Positions 20,800 through 29,615 of a stretch of DNA of 64,000 nucleotides are shown here, piece by piece. The notes beneath the pieces are model-generated. The model had not been told where the DNA came from, searched no databases, and saw nothing but the letters and a program-made list of their open reading frames with translations. Origin of the DNA: an uncultured delta proteobacterium (lineage in GTDB: Bacteria > Desulfobacterota > Desulfobacteria > Desulfobacterales > JAFDCJ01); the NCBI GenBank assembly GCA_963769935.1, contig CAVYNY010000011.1:384001-448000 (forward strand), in the 5' to 3' direction. The translations under genes and the position numbers were made by a program. The number at the start of each line of letters is the position of its first letter. The first letter of the stretch is position 1.

Positions 20800-22400
20800 G
20801 CGTTAAAGACCTGCCGTGGCAGATTGTATGGGCTAAAGATAAATGTACCCTTTGCGGCAAATGCACTGCCGTGTGTCCCGTCAACGCGATTGAATTGGGG
20901 GTGTTTCGCAAACGCGAACTGCAACCGCCGGTGGACGGATTCATAGTGCCGCCCACCAGTGTCTATAAAGCTTACTACGGTATCCGCCAAAGGACCGATC
21001 CGGCCTACAAGTGTGTCGGCTGTGCGATGTGCAACCTGGTCTGTCCCAACGACGCCATCGCGCCGGCGCGGGCCGATGAAACCGACAAATTTCGCTTTCA
21101 TGTCGATCGGGGCGGACAGCCGCGCCGCCGGGGCGGCCGGCGCAATGTGCAGGGCGGAATCCTGGATCGGTTAAAATTTATCCGCATTTCAATGCTGACC
21201 GACCCCGCCCTGGATGCAGGACGCCACGAATTTGAATTGCGCACGCTTCTGGGACGGGTGCTGCCCCCCGAAGAAAACCTGAAGTTCCTGCAGAATAACG
21301 GCTGGATCCCGCCGGTCAGAGAAATCTACCCCCTGATCATCGGCAGCATGTCTTTCGGCGCGCTGTCGCCCACGATGTGGGAAGGGCTTCAAATGGGGGT
21401 GGCCTATCTCAACGAGGAGCTCGGCATGCCGGTGCGTATCTGTACCGGTGAAGGCGGCTGTCCGCCGCGGCTATTGCGCTCGCGGTTTTTGAAGTATGTC
21501 ATTTTACAGATCGCCAGCGGCTATTTCGGCTGGGATGAAATCATTCATGCCCTGCCCGAGATGAAGGAGGATCCCTGCGCCATTGAAATCAAGTACGGCC
21601 AGGGGGCCAAGCCCGGAGACGGGGGCCTGCTGATGTGGTACAAAGTCAACAAGCTGATTGCCGCCATCCGGGGGGTGCCGGCCGGGATCAATCTGCCCAG
21701 TCCGCCGACCCACCAAACCAAGTATTCCATTGAGGAATCCGTTGCCAAAATGATTCAGTCCATGTACATGGCCTGGGGTTTCAGGGTGCCGGTTTATCCA
21801 AAAATATCGGGCACTTCAACCGCTCTGGCGGTTTTAAACAACCTGACCCGCAATCCCTACGCGGCAGGACTCGCGATCGACGGTGAGGACGGCGGTACGG
21901 GCGCCGCATACAACGTATCCATGAATCATATGGGACATCCCATTGCCAGCAACATCCGCGACTGCTACCTGAATCTTGTCAATCTGGGCTTCCAGAATCA
22001 GGTTCCGCTGTTTGCCGGCGGCGGGGTCGGCAAAACCGGAAATCTGGCGGCCAATGCCGCGGCCCTCATCATGCTGGGCGCCAGCGGTATTCAAATCGGC
22101 AAATACATCATGCAGGCGGCGGCCGGATGTCTGGGATCGGAGTCGGATCGCTGCAACATCTGCAATATCGGTCTTTGCCCCAAAGGGATTACCTCCCAGG
22201 ATCCACGCCTGTATCGGCGTCTGAATTCCGAAGATGTGGCCCAGCGGGTGGTGGATGTGTACCTGAGCTTTGATACTGAATTGAGAAAAATAGTGGCCCC
22301 CCTGGGACGCTCCACATCTCTGCCGATCGGGATGTCGGATGCGCTGGGTATCGATGACTATAATGCAGCGGAGAGACTGAAGATTAAGTATGTGGTGTGA
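20763..22400 (+). CDS. Glutamate synthase FMN-binding subunit with N-terminal 2x[4Fe-4S] (GltB domain 2)
   Basis: Two CxxCxxCxxxCP motifs, MSFGALS, TGEGG, QIASGYFG, EIKYGQGAKPGDGG, DGEDGGTGA, CPKGITSQDP. Confidence 0.92.
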   Translation: MLPDRPINPSTLSVKDLPWQIVWAKDKCTLCGKCTAVCPVNAIELGVFRKRELQPPVDGFIVPPTSVYKAYYGIRQRTDPAYKCVGCAMCNLVCPNDAIAPARADETDKFRFHVDRGGQPRRRGGRRNVQGGILDRLKFIRISMLTDPALDAGRHEFELRTLLGRVLPPEENLKFLQNNGWIPPVREIYPLIIGSMSFGALSPTMWEGLQMGVAYLNEELGMPVRICTGEGGCPPRLLRSRFLKYVILQIASGYFGWDEIIHALPEMKEDPCAIEIKYGQGAKPGDGGLLMWYKVNKLIAAIRGVPAGINLPSPPTHQTKYSIEESVAKMIQSMYMAWGFRVPVYPKISGTSTALAVLNNLTRNPYAAGLAIDGEDGGTGAAYNVSMNHMGHPIASNIRDCYLNLVNLGFQNQVPLFAGGGVGKTGNLAANAAALIMLGASGIQIGKYIMQAAAGCLGSESDRCNICNIGLCPKGITSQDPRLYRRLNSEDVAQRVVDVYLSFDTELRKIVAPLGRSTSLPIGMSDALGIDDYNAAERLKIKYVV

Positions 22401-22414
22401 GTTGGAGAGAACCC

Positions 22415-24764
22415 ATGTCTAACCGAGAAATAAAAGGCAGCGCAACCTTATACAAGATTTCCGGCCGTGTCGCCGGACAACGTGTTGACTCCAGGATTAT
22501 TGAAGAGCAGATTCAAACGGCGGTGGAACAGGGCCACCGGAGACTGCAGATCGAGGCTTTCGGCCAGCACGGCATTGGGGGACGATTGTGGCGGGCCGGC
22601 AATGAAGCGGTTCACCTTGAAATCGTCGGTCAGCCCGGACAACGGGTCGGATCCATGGGATTTGCCAACACCTCCATCGAGGTCCTCGGACCGGCATCCG
22701 ATGATGTGGGATGGCTCAATGCCGGCGCGGAGATTGTAGTGCACGGCAATGTCGGCAATGGATGTGCCAACGCCATGGCCCAGGGCAAAATTTATGTTGC
22801 CGGCAACCTCGGTGCGCGGGGCATGACCATGACCAAGCACAACCCGCGCTTCGATCCGCCGGAACTCTGGATACTGGGTTCGGTTGGAGATTACTTCGGT
22901 GAATTTATGGCGGGCGGCGTAGCCGTGGTCTGCGGCCATGAAGCTCAAAACAAAGAAAATATTCTCGGCTACCGGCCATTGGTGGGAATGGTCGGCGGCA
23001 AAATATTCTTCCGCGGATCTCACGGGGGGTACAGCGAATCGGATGCCAAGCTGGTTACCATCGGCGATGATGACTGGAACTGGCTGCTTGAAAACCTGCG
23101 GCTCTTCCTGGATCGCATCGGCCGATCCGAGCTGGCGGCTCCGTTTTCAGAGCGCAGCCGCTGGCAGTTGCTTGTCGCCCGCTCCCCTCAGGAAAAAATC
23201 GCCCGTCCGATGCGCTCGTTGCAATCGTTTAATTCGGAAGTCTGGCAAAAGGAACTCGGCCAGGGCGGCCTTATTGGAGATCTCTCCGATCTGGATCGCA
23301 GTCAGATCGCCCTGATCACTTCGGGATATCTGCGGCGGTTTGTTCCGGTTTGGGAAAACCGCAAGTACGCTGCACCCTGCGAGGCGACCTGTCCCACAGG
23401 AATACCGGTGCAGGAACGCTGGCGATTGATTCGCGCAGGCCGGGTCGATGAAGCGGTCGACCTGGCGCTTGCCTACACGCCGTTTCCGGCATCGGTGTGC
23501 GGATACCTGTGTCCCAATTTGTGCATGCAGTCATGCAGCCGCCGGATTGCGGCGATGGCACCCGTGGATACCACCCAGCTGGGCAAGGCCAGCATCAATG
23601 CCAGAGCTGCCGGAACTGCCGCCCGAATCGGACAAGAAAATAGCCGTTATCGGCGGCGGACCGGCCGGTATATCCGTTGCCTGGCAGCTGCGGCTGAAAG
23701 GACACCAGGTTGTGATTTATGAAATGGCGCCGGATATCGGCGGTAAATTCAGCCGCATTATTCCTGCCAGCCGGATTCCCAAAGAAATCATTGCCGCCGA
23801 ACTGCAGCGGGTGAAAGAGGTCTTGCCCCATGTCCATCATCAGAAACCTCTCGCCAAACAGGACATCAAACAACTGCGCGAAGATTTTGATTTTGTGGTG
23901 ATTGCCACCGGCGCCCAAAAGCCCAGAACCTTACCGATACCGGGCAATGAGCGGGCGGTGACGGCGCTGGAATTTCTCCAAAAGGCCAAAGCCGACACGG
24001 CCAAAGTCGGCGAACAGGTGGTTATTATCGGCGCCGGCAATGTCGGCTGCGATGCAGCCACCGAAGCCCAGCGACTCGGTGCCCGGGAGATCACCCTGTT
24101 GGATGTGCAGGAGCCGGCATCTTTCGGCAAGGAAAGACAGGCGGCCGAAGCCATCGGTGCCAAATTCAGATGGCCGGTCTTCACCCGGGAGATTAGCGCC
24201 GATGCGGTCATCCTCAAAACCGGCGAGAAAATTGTCGCCGACACGGTGATCATATCCATCGGCGATGTGCCGGATCTTGAGTTTCTACCCGATGATGTGA
24301 CCACCGAAAAAGGCTTCGTGAAGGTCAACGATCATTTTTTAACCGCCGATCCCAAAATATTTGCCATCGGCGATGTCGTCAGACCCGGACTTTTGACCGA
24401 TGCCATCGGCGCCGGGCGCATCGTCGCCCAGACGATCTGCGATATCTTAGAGGACAAGCCCCCGGAAGTCCGCCGACGTGAAATGATCGATCGCAACCGG
24501 ATTACCCTGGAATATTTTGATCCCCGGATTACCGAATACAGTGATCTGGATCACTGCGGGTCCCAGTGTTCATCCTGCGGCGCCTGCCGCGACTGCGGCA
24601 TCTGCGTGGCGACCTGCCCCCGGCATGCCATCAGCCGGCAAGAATCGGATGGCGCGGATTATGAATATGTGGTAGCTGAAGATCTTTGCATCGGGTGCGG
24701 ATTTTGCGCCGGTGCCTGCCCGTGCGGGGTATGGGACCTGGTGGAAAATACGCCGATCGGATAG
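22415..24764 (+). CDS. Fused GltB domain 3 (GXGXG) + GltD-like FAD/NAD(P)H oxidoreductase with C-terminal ferredoxin; +1 frameshift at ~23603-23606
   Basis: ORF 22397-23722 holds the GXGXG repeats and APCEATCP..CGYLCPNLCMQSC. The +1 frame continues LPELPPESDKKIAVIGGGPAG, IIGAGNVGCD, FAIGD and two CxxCxxCxxxCP. ATG 22415 has a GGAGAG RBS. Confidence 0.88.
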
Positions 24765-24920
24765 GCGCCTGCGCCTAATTTTATGCTATAGATACAGAAT
24801 TGTGTTGATTAAATTCGATGGTTTCAGGTGAGGTGTCAGAATCGGCGGCAGTTATCTGGTGTTCCGTGATGGTGGATCAGAAATGCCGGCACGTTTTAAA
24901 TTCAAAAATCAACAAAGGAA

Positions 24921-25197
24921 AAAGTCCAAATTCCAAGCACCAAATTCCAAATAAATCCCAAATTACAACAATTAATGACCAAAACAGACTAAACCAGGAA
25001 AAGGTCGCTTTTTTATTTATTTTTCCGTGTTTTGGAATTTTGAATCTTGGTCATTGTAATTTGTTTGAGCCCGCCCTGGTGCGACGTGCTTGGGTTACAC
25101 TTTTAACCTGCTCTGGTTTGGGCGTGAATGCAGTAAATACTTCAAGCGGCAAATCGGTCTGGGCCAGGGATTTGTCATTTGGAATTTGTGATTTTTA
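24921..25197. repeat. Palindromic intergenic element, family B (AAATTCC.../...GGAATTT) with a nested insert
   Basis: About 80 bp are near-identical to 43516-43596. The right arm is interrupted by a ~100-bp insert bounded by CCCTGG...CCAGGG. Confidence 0.85.
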
Positions 25198-25305
25198 GCA
25201 GACCCGGCGACGCCGGAGGCGCTGGCACCTGACACATGAAACCGATATCTCAGCTCAAGTGCCTGAAATTTTAAAGCATTTCTATATCAGAGGAGTCTAA
25301 ACATT

Positions 25306-26715
25306 ATGACCGATTTTGATAAACCCCGCGAGGCTTGCGGTATCTTTGGTATTTGCGGACATCATGAAGCTGCGCCGATTACCTATTTCGGGCTGTATGC
25401 CTTGCAGCACCGGGGACAGGAAAGCGCCGGCATTGCGGTTTGCCGGGATGAGACGATTGTCGAACATAAAGGCATGGGGCTGGTTTCCGATGTTTTCACC
25501 ATGGACCAGCTGCAAGAGTTGGCCGGCAACTGCGCCATCGGACATGCCCGTTATTCAACAACGGGCAGCTCGGTGCTGACCAATGCCCAGCCTTTTCTGG
25601 TCCGTCATCGACATAAATCTTATGCGGTGGCCCACAATGGGAATATTGTCAATGCCCACACATTGAAAAATGAGCTTGAAGAAGCCGGATCAATTTTCCA
25701 GACCACGATGGACAGCGAAATATTTCTGCATCTCTTCGTAAAAAACCTCATCTACGGTTTCGAAGAGGCGCTGGTGAAAACGGTGTCCAGTCTGCAGGGG
25801 GCATTTTCCTTTGTAATGCTGACCAGCCGGGGTGAAGTTATCGGCATAAAAGATCCTTGCGGTTTCAGACCCCTGGCCCTTGGCAAGTTAAACGGCAATT
25901 ATGTGCTGGCTTCCGAAACCTGTGCGTTTGACCTGGTCGAGGCTGAATTTATACGCGAACTGGATCCCGGCGAAATCGTCATCATCGGACCGGACGGTAT
26001 AAAAAGTATAAAAACACCGACGGTTAACCGGCGCGCATTCTGCATATTTGAATTCATTTATTTTGCCAGACCCGACAGCACCATTTACGGCCGCAATGTG
26101 TATCTGACCCGCAAGGCTTTCGGCCGGCGTCTGGCCCGCGAGGCTCCCGCAGCGGCTGATTTTGTGATGCCGTTTCCTGATTCCGGAACCTATGCCGCCC
26201 TGGGCTACTCCGAGGAATCCGGTATTCCCTTTGAGATGGGGATGATCCGCAACCATTATGTGGGGCGAACCTTTATTCAACCAACCCAGAGTATGCGTGA
26301 TTTTGGTGTCCGCGTCAAACTCAATCCCGTCAAAGAGCTCCTGAAAGGCAAGGACATCATCATCGTCGAAGACTCGATCATCCGCGGAACCACCATTAAA
26401 ACCCGGGTAAAAGCGTTGCGTGAGCTCGGGGTCGGCAAAGTACACATGCGCGTCAGCGGCCCCCCCCATCGCTTCCCGTGCCATTACGGCATCGATTTTT
26501 CAACCCGGGGCGAGCTGATTGCAGCCCGCATGTCCGTGAAAGAGCTGACGGAATATTTAGGGCTGGACTCCCTGTACTATCTCAGCATCGAGGGCCTGCT
26601 GGAAGCCAGCGGAATCGAAAACCCGCGGGAAAATTTCTGCAAAGCCTGCTTTGACGGCTGTTATCCGGTGGATTTCGATCAGGATTTAACCAAAGACTGC
26701 CTTGAGATCGACTGA
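25306..26715 (+). CDS. purF: Amidophosphoribosyltransferase
   Basis: Propeptide then CGIFG, LQHRGQESAG, GHARYSTTG, HNGN, CIFEFIYFARPDS, EDSIIRGTT, CKACFDG. Confidence 0.95.
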   Translation: MTDFDKPREACGIFGICGHHEAAPITYFGLYALQHRGQESAGIAVCRDETIVEHKGMGLVSDVFTMDQLQELAGNCAIGHARYSTTGSSVLTNAQPFLVRHRHKSYAVAHNGNIVNAHTLKNELEEAGSIFQTTMDSEIFLHLFVKNLIYGFEEALVKTVSSLQGAFSFVMLTSRGEVIGIKDPCGFRPLALGKLNGNYVLASETCAFDLVEAEFIRELDPGEIVIIGPDGIKSIKTPTVNRRAFCIFEFIYFARPDSTIYGRNVYLTRKAFGRRLAREAPAAADFVMPFPDSGTYAALGYSEESGIPFEMGMIRNHYVGRTFIQPTQSMRDFGVRVKLNPVKELLKGKDIIIVEDSIIRGTTIKTRVKALRELGVGKVHMRVSGPPHRFPCHYGIDFSTRGELIAARMSVKELTEYLGLDSLYYLSIEGLLEASGIENPRENFCKACFDGCYPVDFDQDLTKDCLEID

Positions 26716-26844
26716 AAGATTCCCACTTTACATGAAGATTCGGGTTCAAGCGACATTCGATATTCTTACTGCTTGCCCTTTTAGGAAATGCGGTATAGAA
26801 TTAGATGTTTGATTCTTGGCGATTAACAACGGCCGGAGGACGAT

Positions 26845-27354
26845 ATGCTCGAATCGCGATATCTGAAAGATAATATCGAAAATATTCAAAAGCTTTTGGC
26901 AATTCCCGCCCTTAGAAATTTTGAAACCAAAAGTCTGCAGAAACTGCTCAGGTTAAGCAAAATCAGGGAATACGACGACGGTGAAATGATCATCAAGGAA
27001 GGTGATCTGGATCCGTGGCTTTATTTCATGCTTTCCGGCAAGATCCGGGTCAGCAAAGAAGAAATGGAGATCAACACCATTGACAAGAAGGGTGAAATCT
27101 TCGGTGAGATGCGAATTATCGACAGCCTGAAACGATCGGCTTCGGTTTATGCGGTCGGCAAAACCATCTGCCTGGCTGTTGATACATCTGCCAAAAACCG
27201 GATCTCCGATCAGGATCCCATGGATGAGAAGCTGGATTTTTTGCTCTTATTATACCGCATATTTGCCGAATATATGTCGATCCGTCTGCGGGCCACCAAC
27301 GAAGAACTGATTACCGCCAAAAAGAAAATCAAGCGTCTGCTCACTAAAATATGA
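26845..27354 (+). CDS. Cyclic-nucleotide-binding domain protein
   Basis: GEMIIKEGD..LYFMLSGKI..GEIFGEM..RSASV; no HTH. Confidence 0.82.
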   Translation: MLESRYLKDNIENIQKLLAIPALRNFETKSLQKLLRLSKIREYDDGEMIIKEGDLDPWLYFMLSGKIRVSKEEMEINTIDKKGEIFGEMRIIDSLKRSASVYAVGKTICLAVDTSAKNRISDQDPMDEKLDFLLLLYRIFAEYMSIRLRATNEELITAKKKIKRLLTKI

Positions 27355-28370
27355 CCCTGACGAAAACCGTAGCCTTTTCGAAAAATTCCGCCAACCTGTT
27401 TTTCCATATCCTCACAAAATGCAATCTCAAATGCCGCCATTGTTACATCAACCCCGCGCAGCATGGCAAAGACACCCTGCCTCTGGCAACCATTCAAGCC
27501 TGGCTGGAGGTATTTTCGCCTGACAGCGGGTCAAAGAATCTCATATTTCTAGGCGGTGAACCCACTCTGCACCCGGATTTGCCGGCCGCCGTAAAACATG
27601 CCCGCCGCCTGGGATTCGGTTCCATCACGATTGATACCAACGGCTATCTGTTTCATGACATCCTGTCAGAGGTAGCTCCTGAAGAAGTGGATTATTTCAG
27701 CTTCAGCCTGGACGGCGCCACCCGCGAAACCAACGATCGGAATCGGGGGAATGGGTCATACGCTGCCTGTCTTGACGGTATTCGCAGGGCAACTGCGAGG
27801 GGCTTTACGACCAGTTTAATTTACACGGTCAGCCGTTCCAATATCCATGAGCTTGAGATGATGCCTGATTTACTGGATAAATTGGGTGTCGACCGGTTCT
27901 TCATCCAGGTTATCGGTCTGCGGGGAAAATCGGCCCTGACAGAGGATGCATCTGATATTCATAAATCGCCGCAGGTTTCCAGAACCCAATGGCTGGATGT
28001 CGTTTCCAGGACTGCGCAGATGATCGCGGACCGTGGGATTATGGTTACCTATCCGAAAGTGTTCTTAGGTCCGGAAGAAAAATTTGAATGTGCCGGCATC
28101 GTGGCGGACAATTACTTTGTTTTCCCCAACGGCCGGGTGTATCGCTGCCCGCTGTGTGAGGACTTTCCGATCCACAGCCTGTGCTTTCGGGAAAATCAGC
28201 TGCTGCCGACCGCCAAACTCAACGAACAGGATTTTTTTCAACTTGATATTCCTGAAGGCTGCGTCATGAATAAGCTGATCCAACCGTATAATATCCGCTA
28301 CGACGAAGTGGGGCGGCCGGAGTTCAAGATTGCGTGCTGTTTGCTCAAGGAGGAAATTAAGCCTGGGTGA
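27351..28370 (+). CDS. Radical SAM protein with Cys-rich C-terminal (SPASM/twitch-like) region
   Basis: CNLKCRHC, GGEPTL, DTNG, SLDG; C-terminal ECAG..GRVYRCPLC..C..CC. Confidence 0.88.
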   Translation: MTLTKTVAFSKNSANLFFHILTKCNLKCRHCYINPAQHGKDTLPLATIQAWLEVFSPDSGSKNLIFLGGEPTLHPDLPAAVKHARRLGFGSITIDTNGYLFHDILSEVAPEEVDYFSFSLDGATRETNDRNRGNGSYAACLDGIRRATARGFTTSLIYTVSRSNIHELEMMPDLLDKLGVDRFFIQVIGLRGKSALTEDASDIHKSPQVSRTQWLDVVSRTAQMIADRGIMVTYPKVFLGPEEKFECAGIVADNYFVFPNGRVYRCPLCEDFPIHSLCFRENQLLPTAKLNEQDFFQLDIPEGCVMNKLIQPYNIRYDEVGRPEFKIACCLLKEEIKPG

Positions 28371-28427
28371 AAAGGGCCTTCATTAAATTTTTTCGATAAA
28401 CAACTTAGGTCTGCTTGATTGCAGATA

Positions 28428-28491
28428 CCGGAGTAATGGGGTATTGGAGTGCTGGATTTTTTTCATTACCCCATCACCCCACCACTCCAAT
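28428..28491. repeat. Palindromic octamer-repeat element, family D
   Basis: ggagtaatggggtattggagtgctgga ... cattaccccatcaccccaccactcca. Confidence 0.7.
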
Positions 28492-28500
28492 CGTCTAAAA

Positions 28501-28788
28501 ATGTCGACCGTTCGCCAGAAAATAATTGCGCTTATATCTGACAGGGAAATGGATGCCCGGGAGCTGTCCCGGGAAGTGGGAATCAAGGAAAAAGAAGTAT
28601 ATGAACATCTGGCCCACATTAAACGTTCATTGGCGGCCAAGGGAATCAAACTTACTATCCGGCCGAGCGAATGCCTCAGCTGCGGATATGTGTTCAAAGA
28701 CCGGCGGCGTTTGACCCGGCCCGGCCGCTGCCCCCGCTGCCGGGAATCACATCTGATAAATCCATCCTTTAAAATACCTGAATTTTGA
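28501..28788 (+). CDS. Small HTH + Zn-ribbon predicted transcription regulator
   Basis: EKEVYEHLAHI, CLSCGYVF, RPGRCPRC. The upstream ORF extension is repeat-derived. Confidence 0.8.
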   Translation: MSTVRQKIIALISDREMDARELSREVGIKEKEVYEHLAHIKRSLAAKGIKLTIRPSECLSCGYVFKDRRRLTRPGRCPRCRESHLINPSFKIPEF

Positions 28789-28889
28789 ACGTAAATCACA
28801 TCTATAACATTCGAAGTCAGATTGTCAGGATTGACTTCGAGCGTTATTCGGTGTTTAAAAAATTCAGGTCTTTATTATATCTTCCTAAT

Positions 28890-28979
28890 ATAAATCAGCG
28901 ACCAGCAGCAAAGCGTCCTTCCAGTCCTTTCCAGGGGCCTTTCTCATACTCCCGGCTCTGCTGATGGTCGCTGATTTAT
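28890..28979. repeat. 90-bp element with perfect 15-bp terminal inverted repeats
   Basis: ATAAATCAGCGACCA ... TGGTCGCTGATTTAT; overlaps the ydbL stop codon. Confidence 0.7.
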
Positions 28980-29347
28980 TTTTGGTACCACTTGCCGTTG
29001 GCATCCTGCAGCCAATCACCGGCCTGGGCTTTATCGGCGATTTGAACTGCCCGATGCTTGCCGACCACTTCAACCGTGGTTGACTGTTGTTTGGCAATGG
29101 CTTCATAAACCTGCTTGCGGTCGCTGTTCTCAGCCTCGACCACATTCTCCTGCTCTTTCTTTTTGCCGATAAATTCCAGGTACCCCTTGTTATTTTCTCC
29201 GACGAGGCCTTTGTCTTTAAGCGATTTGATAACCGGCAGACGGGCAATCATCCGCTGCTTGATATCCGCGGAAGACGAATGACCATCGGTGATCAGGAAA
29301 CCCAGGATGAAAACAGGCAATATCGCAATGAGTGTTATACGCTTCAT
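28976..29347 (-). CDS. ydbL: YdbL-family (DUF1318) protein
   Basis: Signal peptide, GLVGENNKGYL, ENSDRKQVY, GDWLQDANGKW; in an operon with ydbH-ynbE. Confidence 0.85.
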   Translation of the reverse strand: MKRITLIAILPVFILGFLITDGHSSSADIKQRMIARLPVIKSLKDKGLVGENNKGYLEFIGKKKEQENVVEAENSDRKQVYEAIAKQQSTTVEVVGKHRAVQIADKAQAGDWLQDANGKWYQK

Positions 29348-29386
29348 ATGAAATCTCCTCGGTGATCGGATCAGGGTGATCACGCT

Positions 29387-29608
29387 TTATTCGGTGGTTG
29401 ATGGTTTGGGTTCAACCTTCTCTTCAGCCTTGTCAATATCATTGAAGAAGCTATCAAGCGCTCTGTCAACCTTCACATTGACATCAATCGTAATATGGAT
29501 CGGCTTAATTTCCACGGGTGCCACCTCAACTTTATGCTGGGTGCAGCCGGGCGCAGCCAGGAAAAAAATTGCCGCCAGCAGCCAAAACGGTTTTCCTATC
29601 ATGGGCAT
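29387..29608 (-). CDS. ynbE: YnbE-like lipoprotein
   Basis: Lipobox-like APGC, KPIHITIDVNVKVD. Confidence 0.82.
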   Translation of the reverse strand: MPMIGKPFWLLAAIFFLAAPGCTQHKVEVAPVEIKPIHITIDVNVKVDRALDSFFNDIDKAEEKVEPKPSTTE

Positions 29609-29615
29609 TTGCTCC

